Source: an uncultured Clostridia bacterium (GTDB lineage Bacteria; Bacillota; Clostridia; Christensenellales; UBA1242). Taken from it: a stretch of DNA of 61,063 nt. The DNA lies in the NCBI GenBank assembly GCA_937907645.1, contig CALCWV010000075.1, positions 1-61,063 on the forward strand, given 5' to 3'. Position 1 is the first letter of the stretch. Each line of letters begins with the position of its first letter. Of this stretch, positions 52,724 through 61,063 are shown piece by piece. The notes beneath the pieces are model-generated. The model saw nothing but the letters and a program-made list of their open reading frames with translations, was not told the origin of the DNA and did not search any database. Both the position numbers and the translations under genes were made by a program.

Positions 52724-54073
52724 TTATTCTGCGTTTTTGATTTCTCTTCTCCTTCGTTTAGCTCTTTCTTTTCTAAACTTCTGGATTTGGATTTGTCTGA
52801 ATGTATCCGTCTCAACTTGTAACTCTTGCTGTTTTTTCATCCATCTATATTTTCTATTTCCATAAGAGATATCATAGGTTAAAACAATAACTCCAAGGAA
52901 GATATACAAATAGTATGTCATAAGTCTCCACAAGATAAGAGCCCAGAACAGACGTCCTCCTGAGAAATATGAACTAAACAATGCTGTAAACGTAATTTCA
53001 TTCATCCCTGTTCCGCCCGGCAATGGGAAGAAGCTTGCGGCAAGGTCTGTCAAAATCCCACAAACAAAGAACTTGAAGTATAAGTCAAATGTTCCGTCTG
53101 TAAAGAAACACATGTAGATTATAAATGGAATTGAATACAGAATTACAAGTCTTACAAAAGCGAGCAAGAAGTTGATAATAAAATCTTTGAAAGTTCTCAT
53201 ATATCTTTTACAAGCAGTTTGAACTTCTTCTACATACTTTGTAACTCTCAAATATTGTTTTTCATAATTTTTTATTATCTTCATTTTTTGAAGAAGTTTT
53301 AAAGTTCTGACAACAATTTTTTTCCCGACATTTTTACTTATTGATAGAAAAACTACTAAGAAAAGCACGAAGAATGAGCAAATAAATCCTATGATAGACA
53401 TCACTGATGCAAATGCGTTAAACCCTGAGTTTGTCCCCGAAACAATTAAAGCGGTTATGCTTAAAATTAAGAAAGCAAGCTGATAAAATATATGTGATCT
53501 CGTAATAGGAATTGAAAGAGATGATGAAGCTGGCACGTCATATTTTCTTAAATATGCGATTTGAAATGGTTCTCCTCCGATGGAAAGAGGTGTTATTGAA
53601 TCATAATATCTTCCAAGGGCAGATGCCTTAAAACTTACGCCCAATCTCCACTTCCCTGTGTCCATTTTAATGAGATATCCTATTTGGAATGTATCAAATA
53701 CAAGCATAACTCCAAATATAGCAAACAAAAGAACGAGCATCCAAGGATTAACACCTAATCCTCTTATTGATACAAAAGGTTCTTTTATAAGTTGATATGT
53801 CAATAATCCTGCAACTACTAAGATATTAGCGACAAAACATAGGATATTGATTATTTTTTTCTTCTTTTGACTGTTTTTTGACACCTTTTTCTCGGAGTCA
53901 TTAAGTCCTTCTTCTAGCTCTCTCTTTTTCTTTTCTTCCTCTAATTCAACCTTTTCTTCGTCAGAGAGAGTATTTATATCAATCGAGGAAAGATCTTCAA
54001 TCAAAGAAAAACGGGAAGACTTTTCTTCCTTCTTCTCCTTTTCTTCAATTTGAACTTTCTTCTTCTTACACAT
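52724..54073 (-). CDS. UPF0104 / lysylphosphatidylglycerol-synthase-TM-region (flippase-like) membrane protein
   Basis: 449 aa with a charged N-terminal region, then about 8 TM segments. The characteristic PLPGGTGMNE motif sits near the C-terminal TMs. Confidence 0.65.
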   Translation of the reverse strand: MCKKKKVQIEEKEKKEEKSSRFSLIEDLSSIDINTLSDEEKVELEEEKKKRELEEGLNDSEKKVSKNSQKKKKIINILCFVANILVVAGLLTYQLIKEPFVSIRGLGVNPWMLVLLFAIFGVMLVFDTFQIGYLIKMDTGKWRLGVSFKASALGRYYDSITPLSIGGEPFQIAYLRKYDVPASSSLSIPITRSHIFYQLAFLILSITALIVSGTNSGFNAFASVMSIIGFICSFFVLFLVVFLSISKNVGKKIVVRTLKLLQKMKIIKNYEKQYLRVTKYVEEVQTACKRYMRTFKDFIINFLLAFVRLVILYSIPFIIYMCFFTDGTFDLYFKFFVCGILTDLAASFFPLPGGTGMNEITFTALFSSYFSGGRLFWALILWRLMTYYLYIFLGVIVLTYDISYGNRKYRWMKKQQELQVETDTFRQIQIQKFRKERAKRRRREIKNAE

Positions 54074-54096
54074 TGCAAAGCTAGTATAACAGAAAA

Positions 54097-54127
54097 ATAA
54101 AACCTTGTCAATTTATAACAAGGTTTT
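54097..54127 (-). terminator. Terminator after the PrsA-like gene
   Basis: AAAACCTTGT (54098-54107) / ACAAGGTTTT (54117-54126) with a 9-nt loop, then a T-rich tract on the minus strand. Confidence 0.65.
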
Positions 54128-54138
54128 TAGATGATTAA

Positions 54139-55962
54139 TTAGAATGATTTAGGGAAATATGTTATATTTTGTGTTTCACTTTTTAATCTATTTAAATCTA
54201 TAGATTGTGCGATTGAGGACTCTTCTGGAACACATTCTTCATATAGTAAATCAAAATATGTCTTATCTGTTGAAGCCTTTAATCTTGTGTCATACAAAAC
54301 TTGAATATCTTTTTCTTGAGCTTCAAAGTTTTCATCAATGCCGTTGAAAAGATTTTTGGCTTCGCCAGAATACATCATAATGTGAACACCATAGCTTGTT
54401 CTAATCAGCCCTTTATAACTATTTGTGTCTTGGTCAATTTCTAATGTGTAATTAGATCCGTCTGTTGAAACGCCATAGATATCTCCAACTTGACCAGCAC
54501 CGTGATTATATAACTCAATAGCTGCTGTGTTAAATTCGTCAACCCATTTTGAATAAACTGTATAAGGAAGCACTTTGTCATCCTTTGTTGAAGGAGTTGT
54601 GTAATCAACCCCAACAATATAGTTATATGTTGTGTTCATAATTCCTGGGTCTTCGTTGTAAACATAAATGAGATCGTCAAACTTTTCAATCTTTTCTGTG
54701 TTTGTCTTTTGATCTGCTACAGCTTTTGCAATTTCTTCAAATACAACACTTGAGTTGCCAGCTTTAACGCCCTCTTTTTCCTCAAAAACATTGGGGCTTG
54801 TTTCAACTCTCTTGATTCCTGCTAAGTTTTTATATAGATTATCAATCTTTGTCTCGTAGTCTTCAATCAACTCACCATTTGTTTCTTCATTCTTCTTTAA
54901 TTTTTCAATCTGATCAGTGTATTCATTGTAAAGAGCTTGTTCTGTCTCGTCAAACTTGATAAGAATTTGAGTCACATAGAACCAATTAATTCCGTCGTTA
55001 AAATAATAGATATCTCCTGATTTGTCCTTCACATCTGAAGTTTGGTCAACTCCATTGTATGTTGTGTAAGCATTTCTAACCTTTGAAGAATAGAGTTCTA
55101 ACATTTGTGAAATTACAACATTGTTGCTTTCTTTGCTGCAAATATAGTCTTCATATTTTCCAACCATGTATGAATCATACATAATCCCATAAACACGGTC
55201 AATTTCTCTATAGAAAACGCTCTTAGCATCAGTTGAAAGTTTGAGAACTTTCTCGCTGTTTCTTACGTCTTGAAGATATTGTTGATAAGCATCCTTGTTT
55301 TCGGCGCTATCCTTTATATAATCCAACATTCCTTCGAAAATAGCTTGTTTTCCGGCTTCTGTTTCTGTGTCCATGTCGCCAATGCTCCAATATTTGTGAC
55401 TTTCAAAGTCTGATTGTTCACCTTTTGGAAGCTCTAAGCTATACTTTCCTGTTGTAGGGTTGTAAACAAGCTCACATTTTCTATCAAAAGTCTCGCGTGT
55501 GATAGCATCTTCGTTTTTGCTTTCGTCTTCACTATCTTCCTTGCTCAAATAGCTGTCAATGTTGCTCATCATAGCTTCATAAGTCTTTTCCCAAAGATAT
55601 TTTTTCTCTAATTTAGTGAGAATCGCATCGTCTGGATTAACTTCCCTTGCTCTAATTTCAGCATCTCTAATTGATAACTCTTTTGAAACAAGATAGTCTA
55701 AAGCTTTTGTGTATGCTTCTTCTTGTGAGAGTCCGTTTTGAACATATTGACTAAATCCATATTGAGAATATGCTGTTCTCAATTCTTTTCTTGTAATTTC
55801 AATTTTTGATCCATCCTTAAAATCAACCCTAGCTGCAACAGCATTGTAATATGCATTGTAATCCAACGTAACAAGAGAACACCCTGTAATAACCGAGCCC
55901 CCTAAAACCAATCCCATACATAAAACAGCAATAGATTTTTTCATTGATTTATTATCTTTCAT
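54139..55962 (-). CDS. prsA: PrsA/SurA-like peptidyl-prolyl isomerase foldase lipoprotein
   Basis: I set the start to ATG 55962 (MKDNKSMKKSIAVLCMGLVLGGSVITGC, lipobox ITGC), with AAAGGAG upstream. It has a long SurA-N-like helical region and a parvulin-like segment (GLIRTSYGVHIMMYSG). Confidence 0.65.
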   Translation of the reverse strand: MKDNKSMKKSIAVLCMGLVLGGSVITGCSLVTLDYNAYYNAVAARVDFKDGSKIEITRKELRTAYSQYGFSQYVQNGLSQEEAYTKALDYLVSKELSIRDAEIRAREVNPDDAILTKLEKKYLWEKTYEAMMSNIDSYLSKEDSEDESKNEDAITRETFDRKCELVYNPTTGKYSLELPKGEQSDFESHKYWSIGDMDTETEAGKQAIFEGMLDYIKDSAENKDAYQQYLQDVRNSEKVLKLSTDAKSVFYREIDRVYGIMYDSYMVGKYEDYICSKESNNVVISQMLELYSSKVRNAYTTYNGVDQTSDVKDKSGDIYYFNDGINWFYVTQILIKFDETEQALYNEYTDQIEKLKKNEETNGELIEDYETKIDNLYKNLAGIKRVETSPNVFEEKEGVKAGNSSVVFEEIAKAVADQKTNTEKIEKFDDLIYVYNEDPGIMNTTYNYIVGVDYTTPSTKDDKVLPYTVYSKWVDEFNTAAIELYNHGAGQVGDIYGVSTDGSNYTLEIDQDTNSYKGLIRTSYGVHIMMYSGEAKNLFNGIDENFEAQEKDIQVLYDTRLKASTDKTYFDLLYEECVPEESSIAQSIDLNRLKSETQNITYFPKSF

Positions 55963-56053
55963 CAGTTCTCCTTTATAGCCTTTAATACGTCGATTATACA
56001 ACAAAACACAACTTTTATCAAGCAATTTGTTTGTTTTTTTGCCTTTGTATAAT

Positions 56054-56566
56054 TTATATTTTATTATCTTTTACCCTTTGCTGAACAATTTCAACCATTT
56101 TATCCATACTTTCCTCTACAAAAGATGGATCTATCTTTGATAGGACATAGTTTGCGAGGTCACCTTCTTCTCTTCCGATTCCAATCTTAACTCTTTCAAA
56201 TTCCTGTCCAATATATGAAACGATGCTTCTAAGACCATTGTGAGTTCCTGCGCTTCCTCTTTCTCTATATCTCACAGTTCCTCTTGGGAGATCAATGTCG
56301 TCAACTAACACTAAAATATCGGCATCTTTGAACTTATTTTTCCAAAGAACAACAGACTCTCCGCTGTTATTCATGTAAGTCTGCGGCTTAACAAGAATGA
56401 TCTTCTGCCCAGCAAAATTTCCCTCTCCATATTTTGACTTTAAGCCCGTCTTTGAAATTTTAATATCAAAAAATTTTGACAATCTATCTATTGCCAGAAA
56501 GCCCATATTGTGATAGGTATTTTCATATTCCTTTCCAGGATTTCCAAGTCCAACAATTATTATCAT
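56054..56566 (-). CDS. pth: Peptidyl-tRNA hydrolase
   Basis: 170 aa. N-terminus is MIIIVGLGNPGKEYENTYHNMGF and it contains GTHNGLRS. The start overlaps the stop of the upstream gene (TAATG). Confidence 0.93.
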   Translation of the reverse strand: MIIIVGLGNPGKEYENTYHNMGFLAIDRLSKFFDIKISKTGLKSKYGEGNFAGQKIILVKPQTYMNNSGESVVLWKNKFKDADILVLVDDIDLPRGTVRYRERGSAGTHNGLRSIVSYIGQEFERVKIGIGREEGDLANYVLSKIDPSFVEESMDKMVEIVQQRVKDNKI

Positions 56567-57390
56567 TACACACTCTCGTTTTCTATTAATGAAAAAGGTC
56601 TTATCGACTTATTTTCAGTGATTTTGCTTTTTATAATCATGCTTTTTTCAAGGATACAGTTATTTGAGATAATGCTGTCATTTATAACATTCCCGCTCTC
56701 TAAAACAACATTTTTCCCAATATACGATTGTCCTTTCAAAATGTTGTTTGGATAGATTATTACTCCGCTTTCAATCTCCACATCAGCGTCAATAAAGATT
56801 GTGTTTTCTCCAAAAAGCACCACATTGTTGTTTTTGTGATACTTTCTTATTCTTTCCTGCAAACAGTTAAATGCCATAGAAAGGTCGCTTGCTTCACGAA
56901 CAACTAAGAAATCTTTTCCACCAAAGTTTTTTCTAACTGCCGGCTCCAAGCTGCTTACTTCCCTCAAAAACTCAGTTTTGTAAACAAAGCCATGGTCAAA
57001 TTTCATTGCATTTAAGTTGTTCGATGAGAAGTAGTCCATAATCTTGTAAAAAGAGTTTCTTTCAAGTAGTGGGATGTCCGAATATGTCACAAATATATAC
57101 TTTTTATCTGTGTTTAAATCCTTTAAGTATTGAAGCAATTTCTCGCTATATGCTTCGTTTACAACTTTTTCTTCGCACACAGAAAGAGCAAGCAAAACCC
57201 AATCTAGCATTGATTTTCCGCAAAGGTCCATTGTCGAAAAATTGTCACAAATTTCGCTTTTGTCCACTCTTACAACAACTGCTAAAGTTTCGTCTTTTAT
57301 CCACTGATAATTTTTTGGAGATACTAAAATTTGAGACAATGAACTTGTCTCTTCTTCAATCTCTTTTTCGTAAAAAATCTCTGTTTCCAT
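56566..57390 (-). CDS. Short, degenerate GlmU-like protein (nucleotidyltransferase-like N-domain plus a few hexapeptide repeats)
   Basis: 274 aa. It has CGKSMLDWVL (compare GlmU l.GkpMl.hV) but no LAAGxGTRM loop. The C-terminus has left-handed beta-helix-type repeats (IDADVEIESGVIIYPNNILKGQSYIGKNVVLESGNVINDSII). Its position upstream of pth matches the Firmicute glmU-(prs)-pth order. Confidence 0.4.
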   Translation of the reverse strand: METEIFYEKEIEEETSSLSQILVSPKNYQWIKDETLAVVVRVDKSEICDNFSTMDLCGKSMLDWVLLALSVCEEKVVNEAYSEKLLQYLKDLNTDKKYIFVTYSDIPLLERNSFYKIMDYFSSNNLNAMKFDHGFVYKTEFLREVSSLEPAVRKNFGGKDFLVVREASDLSMAFNCLQERIRKYHKNNNVVLFGENTIFIDADVEIESGVIIYPNNILKGQSYIGKNVVLESGNVINDSIISNNCILEKSMIIKSKITENKSIRPFSLIENESV

Positions 57391-57545
57391 GACTTAATTA
57401 TAATTTTTGCCCATTTTTTTGTCAAGTTATTTGCTTAATAGTTAATAAATATATTAAATTTTCTTTTTTTGTTCGTTTTTTGTTTTTAATTTTCGATTTT
57501 TTGTGCTATCATTTTATGTAAGATAAATTGAAGGAGAAACAAGAT

Positions 57546-58646
57546 ATGAAAAAATCATCTAAATTATTTTGTGGATTACTTGGTGCTTCTCTAGCACTAT
57601 CAATGGGGTTAACTCTTGCCACAGCAAGCCCAATTACTTCTTCTGCCGAAGGGATAATGTTTGCGTCTGAGCCCGCAAGTCTTTCTGTAAAACTTTTCGA
57701 CAAGGAAAACAGAGAAATAACAACATCAAGAAAAACAGTTATAGTCGGAGCTGACACATATGGGCTATATCAAGCAGATTGGAAAGACGTGGCATATGTT
57801 TCAGTGAGTCTTCCAAGTTCTATGACAATCGTTTCATCAAACGAATTTGAACTATCGCTCAAATGGATTCCAGAGGAAACATCTGGCTCAACAGTTGACT
57901 TTGAAGTTGATAGACTTTGCTCAGGATCAGTTTTAAAGAAAACTTTCTCCACTGCAGAGGAGCTAGATAATAGTTACAAAGTATATATCGATATGCTTGG
58001 TGGCGACAACGACTACAAAGCTGGAAACATCATAAAAGATAAAGACAACTCAACAAAAACATATCTTGACAATGGTGGCTGGGGAATTTATCAATTTGAA
58101 CTTGTTGTTAACACAATCAAGTACAACTCTGATCTTGTTGAAATAAAGCCAACAGATCTTTCAACAATCGCTAGTGAACAGTCAATCCAAATTGAAAAAA
58201 CTGCTGTCAGAAGTCAATATTTAATTGATAACGCATATCAAATTTCATTCAAAGATAAATCAAATCCTTTCAATTATGTAAAAAGAAATTTAATTCAATG
58301 GCACGTTGAAGGAGAAGGATCTGACGGACAAAAATATGTTCTACTCCCTTCACACAGACCTGATGACAAAACAAAATCATTACTCACTGATGAATCTGTG
58401 GATTACACTGGAACATCTATGAAGTTTGACTTCAATCTAACTGGAACATGGAAAGTTTACTGTGTTGTAACAGATAATAGCGGAGACGAAGAAGTAAGAT
58501 GGGTATCTAATGCAGTTGATTTCTCAACAGTAAAAGTTATCTCAAGTTCATACATTATTTGGATTATAGTTGCTGCTGTAGTAGTTGCTGCTGTGATTCT
58601 CACAGTAATCATTGTTGTTTCTAAAAAGAAAGAAAAAACTTGGTAA
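57546..58646 (+). CDS. Hypothetical surface protein with a signal peptide and a C-terminal TM anchor
   Basis: I set the start to ATG 57546 (MKKSSKLFCGLLGASLALSMGLTLATASP), with GAAGGAG 8 nt upstream. The C-terminal TM is IIWIIVAAVVVAAVILTVIIVV, followed by SKKKEKTW. There is no LPXTG. Confidence 0.7.
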   Translation: MKKSSKLFCGLLGASLALSMGLTLATASPITSSAEGIMFASEPASLSVKLFDKENREITTSRKTVIVGADTYGLYQADWKDVAYVSVSLPSSMTIVSSNEFELSLKWIPEETSGSTVDFEVDRLCSGSVLKKTFSTAEELDNSYKVYIDMLGGDNDYKAGNIIKDKDNSTKTYLDNGGWGIYQFELVVNTIKYNSDLVEIKPTDLSTIASEQSIQIEKTAVRSQYLIDNAYQISFKDKSNPFNYVKRNLIQWHVEGEGSDGQKYVLLPSHRPDDKTKSLLTDESVDYTGTSMKFDFNLTGTWKVYCVVTDNSGDEEVRWVSNAVDFSTVKVISSSYIIWIIVAAVVVAAVILTVIIVVSKKKEKTW

Positions 58647-58654
58647 AAAAAAAT

Positions 58655-58692
58655 AAAGATATATGCAAAAACGAAGCATATATCTTTTTTTT
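58655..58692. terminator. Strong bidirectional terminator between convergent genes
   Basis: 12-bp stem AAAGATATATGC (58655-58666) / GCATATATCTTT (58676-58687) with a 9-nt loop, flanked by A and T runs. Confidence 0.8.
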
Positions 58693-58696
58693 ATTC

Positions 58697-59092
58697 TTAT
58701 AACACATTATGAAGGTTTGCTCCCATAAAGTGCAGATAACTGTCTGCATAGTATTTTATTGCCTCCAAACTTGCCTTAAATTCCTTTATATCGTTCTCTC
58801 CTAAATAGTTTTTCATCCTAGCAAGTTCCATCCCTATTTCTTGAATGCTCTTGTGATTTACTAAATAGCAAAGGTTACTTTCATCTTTAAGCCAATCATA
58901 TTCCATATTGTCGACAAGGTTGACAAGCTGCGACGTTCTGATATCATCCAATCCTTCGATTGTTTGTTCAATAATAAAGCAATCATCGTTGATAGACCTT
59001 ATTGCGTTGCTTGTTACAATCTCCTCTGCAACGCATATTCCAATAAGTGAGAGAAAGATCACTACAAGCATAATCTTTGACATAACTCTCAT
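58697..59092 (-). CDS. DUF4363-like small membrane-anchored protein
   Basis: 131 aa with an N-terminal TM/signal and a helical remainder. An ATGA start/stop overlap couples it to the upstream DUF421 gene, a pairing I recall as common in Clostridia. Confidence 0.5.
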   Translation of the reverse strand: MRVMSKIMLVVIFLSLIGICVAEEIVTSNAIRSINDDCFIIEQTIEGLDDIRTSQLVNLVDNMEYDWLKDESNLCYLVNHKSIQEIGMELARMKNYLGENDIKEFKASLEAIKYYADSYLHFMGANLHNVL

Positions 59093-59802
59093 GCACTCAT
59101 CTCCACATTCTCAAAAGTCATGCACTGTCCGTTCATCATCTGAAGGACAACCTTTCCATTTCTATCAAGAGTAAAGACCAACACTTTTTTAACCTTTCCT
59201 CCTTTGATTTTTTCTTGCACAAACTTTGATATGCTTTCTTCCGAAACTTTTGCCAGTTTCAAGTTATCCTTCAAGATTTTTCCTTCGCTCACAAGGTTGA
59301 CTGGGAGCTCTGTTTCTTCAACCTGTTTTTTTAGAGTTTCATTCGTCACAGGAGAGTTCGCAGCTTTTGTCAGTACGCTAATTTTCCCATTTGTTTCCAT
59401 AATTGCATAGTACACTTCGTCGATACTAAAACATCCCTGTCCTCTTATTGCCTCAAAGAGGTCGTCAATTGATAAATTCAGAGTTTTAAGCGCCTTATAG
59501 TCCACCCCGTTCGGATTTATTATGATAACGGGCTTCCCGCTAATAAACGCACCAAATTTATTACTCATTTTTGACAGCGTAGTAAGCAAAAAGTGTATTA
59601 AAACAAGTGTAAAAAGAGGCACTATCCCATGCAGAACAGGCACAGAAACCTCCGCCATAGGAATTGTTGCAAGATCGGCAATTATGAGTGTCAAGACAAG
59701 CTCGAATGGCTGCATTTGCCCGAGCTGTCTCTTGCCCATAAGTCTAAAGAGCATGAGTACGATGACATATACAATTATACTTCTTATTACTATCGTTAAC
59801 AT
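59089..59802 (-). CDS. DUF421 (YetF/YdfS-like) membrane protein
   Basis: 237 aa. The N-terminus IIVYVIVLMLFRLMGKRQLGQMQPFELVLTLIIADLA matches the DUF421 signature region. It ends in a TGA stop. Confidence 0.8.
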   Translation of the reverse strand: MLTIVIRSIIVYVIVLMLFRLMGKRQLGQMQPFELVLTLIIADLATIPMAEVSVPVLHGIVPLFTLVLIHFLLTTLSKMSNKFGAFISGKPVIIINPNGVDYKALKTLNLSIDDLFEAIRGQGCFSIDEVYYAIMETNGKISVLTKAANSPVTNETLKKQVEETELPVNLVSEGKILKDNLKLAKVSEESISKFVQEKIKGGKVKKVLVFTLDRNGKVVLQMMNGQCMTFENVEMSA

Positions 59803-59829
59803 GTCCTTAGTATGCTTATTTTTTGATTT

Positions 59830-61063
59830 TTATACTCTCTTTTCCTTCGATTTTCTAATTTTAAGCTTCTGTAGAAGCGATTTCACATATTCCATGTCTA
59901 CAATCTTAAAGATAATTGAAAGAAGTATGAAGAATGCACCTCCGACAATACAAGAAATTGCAATTATAAAGAAATTCGGCATAAGCCCACCTAAAAGAGA
60001 TGCTAGGAAGGATGTTATCGCTGCACTAGGAAGAGTGATTAATAGCATAATTAGTAGAGGTTTTAAAATCTTTATCTTTACTTTTGTTTTTCTGCTTAAC
60101 ATTAATATATTTAGAGCGGATGTGACAATCGTACTTAGTCCCATTCCAACTGCAAAAGCATTTATTCCGATAACGGCTGGAAGGAACCAAATTGCTAAAA
60201 ATAGCACTATTGCTCCAAAGAAATAATTTATACAGGACTTTATCTCCATTCCTAGTGAGTTTAGAAGCGAAGATGTTATATTATTGATGCTAATTGGGAG
60301 CATCACCCATGCGGAAAATTGTAGCAACGACCCACTCATTACATTGTCATAGAAAAATACACCTATCTGCTCGCCGCAACCTATGAAAAGTGGAATAAAG
60401 AATGCAGAAATAAACATTGTTATCTTGATAGAACTGTCAATTCTTTCTTCAATATATTTATTATTCCCTTTCGCTAAAGCTGCTGAAATATTTGGAACAA
60501 GAGCTGTTGAAAGTGACCCTATAAGCATTCCCGGAATAAACAGCAAAGGGAATGTCATCCCAAGAGCAATTCCAAATAGCGACATAGCCTGTGCATTTGT
60601 GTAACCAGCAGCAATGAGTCTAGCTGGAATGATTAAAGCAATAAGAGGCTGAATGAGGCTTCCTCCGATTCTAACCCCTGTAATAGGAGTTGACTCCTTT
60701 AAGACTTTCCTATAAACTTTTCCCGGTCGGGATAAACTTCCACCATAATAGAAGTATAAAAGCGTAACAAAAATAGCCGAGAACACGCATGCTATGGAAA
60801 GTGACCATGCAACTGACAATGCGCTGTCAAGAATTGACATCGTTCCACCTAATATCAGCACGCAGATAAACATTCTTACAACCTGCTCATAAAACTCGGA
60901 CACGCAGAGTGCGAAGTAGTTGTTATCGCCCCACATAGCGCCTCTAAACACGCAGTAAACTGAAGAAAAGACGATTGCTGGAAGTAGTGCAATTAGAATT
61001 TCAATGCAATTTCTGTCCGTGAAAACATTCGCGAATAGATTTTTAAATATTAAAATAATTACA
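59830..61063 (-). CDS. MOP-superfamily flippase (SpoVB / MurJ / polysaccharide-biosynthesis type), 5'-truncated by the window edge
   Basis: Multi-TM protein. The reading frame stays open upstream of the ORF-track GTG (60951) to the window end (...FANVFTDRNCIEILIALLPAIVFSSVYCVFRGAMWG...). The RGxxxG and overall TM pattern resemble SpoVB/YabM. Confidence 0.65.
   Translation of the reverse strand, partial: VIILIFKNLFANVFTDRNCIEILIALLPAIVFSSVYCVFRGAMWGDNNYFALCVSEFYEQVVRMFICVLILGGTMSILDSALSVAWSLSIACVFSAIFVTLLYFYYGGSLSRPGKVYRKVLKESTPITGVRIGGSLIQPLIALIIPARLIAAGYTNAQAMSLFGIALGMTFPLLFIPGMLIGSLSTALVPNISAALAKGNNKYIEERIDSSIKITMFISAFFIPLFIGCGEQIGVFFYDNVMSGSLLQFSAWVMLPISINNITSSLLNSLGMEIKSCINYFFGAIVLFLAIWFLPAVIGINAFAVGMGLSTIVTSALNILMLSRKTKVKIKILKPLLIMLLITLPSAAITSFLASLLGGLMPNFFIIAISCIVGGAFFILLSIIFKIVDMEYVKSLLQKLKIRKSKEKRV

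Noticed and set aside
59522-60226. 234-aa plus-strand ORF spanning the DUF421 gene, the intergenic gap and the flippase gene
   Set aside because: It crosses two independent minus-strand genes and their spacer, and it has no RBS or recognisable family. It is spurious.
1-61063. Mollicutes-type genetic code 4 (TGA read as Trp), given the low G+C and abundance of lipoproteins
   Set aside because: Ten- and nineteen-kb ORFs are intact under the standard code with Trp encoded by TGG. TGA is used as a genuine stop in the DUF421 gene (59089-59091, overlapping the next ATG). SpoIIID, SpoIIQ-like and SpoVB-like genes point to a walled spore-former.

Overview
AT-rich (roughly one-third G+C by eye) chromosomal segment that reads cleanly in the standard genetic code. 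It looks like a Gram-positive, Clostridia-like spore-former, and almost every gene is on the minus strand. Recognisable genes are rpoC, rpoB, hflX, a YycJ/WalJ-like MBL hydrolase followed by an HtrA-like protease, radC, a TtcA-like PP-loop ATPase, spoIIID, acpP, a SpoIIQ-like degenerate M23 protein, a UPF0104/LPG-synthase-TM protein, a PrsA-like foldase lipoprotein, pth, a degenerate GlmU-like protein, a DUF421/DUF4363 pair and a 5'-truncated SpoVB/MurJ-type flippase. About half of the window is two giant single ORFs (3381 aa and about 6472 aa). Both have N-terminal lipoprotein signal peptides, Ig-like domains and several beta-helix modules built from GLUG-type repeats (GG[LIV][VIA]G...N.G.I.N). 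I saw no protease motif and no LPXTG. The smaller giant gene lies between rpoB and an orphan VirB3-VirB4-like (PrgI/PrgJ-like) type IV secretion ATPase that has no other T4SS or mobile-element genes around it. This ATPase plus giant lipoprotein pairing is my best candidate for an undescribed system. The second candidate is an ORF-free, GC-rich island of about 310 nt between hflX and a lipoprotein gene. It folds into a 126-nt rod hairpin plus a multi-stem domain, with G-U and tandem G-A pairs that only work on the plus strand, and it matches no RNA family I can recognise by eye. Smaller observations: an intrinsic-terminator-like attenuator in the rpoB leader, with rpoBC detached from ribosomal-protein operons; a long acidic RpoB tail; a promoter that places the hflX start on the first transcribed base; two paralogous membrane-anchored winged-helix proteins; a phased A-tract array; and perfect in-frame micro-duplications inside the larger giant gene. 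All domain calls come from motif recognition by eye, since no database search was possible.
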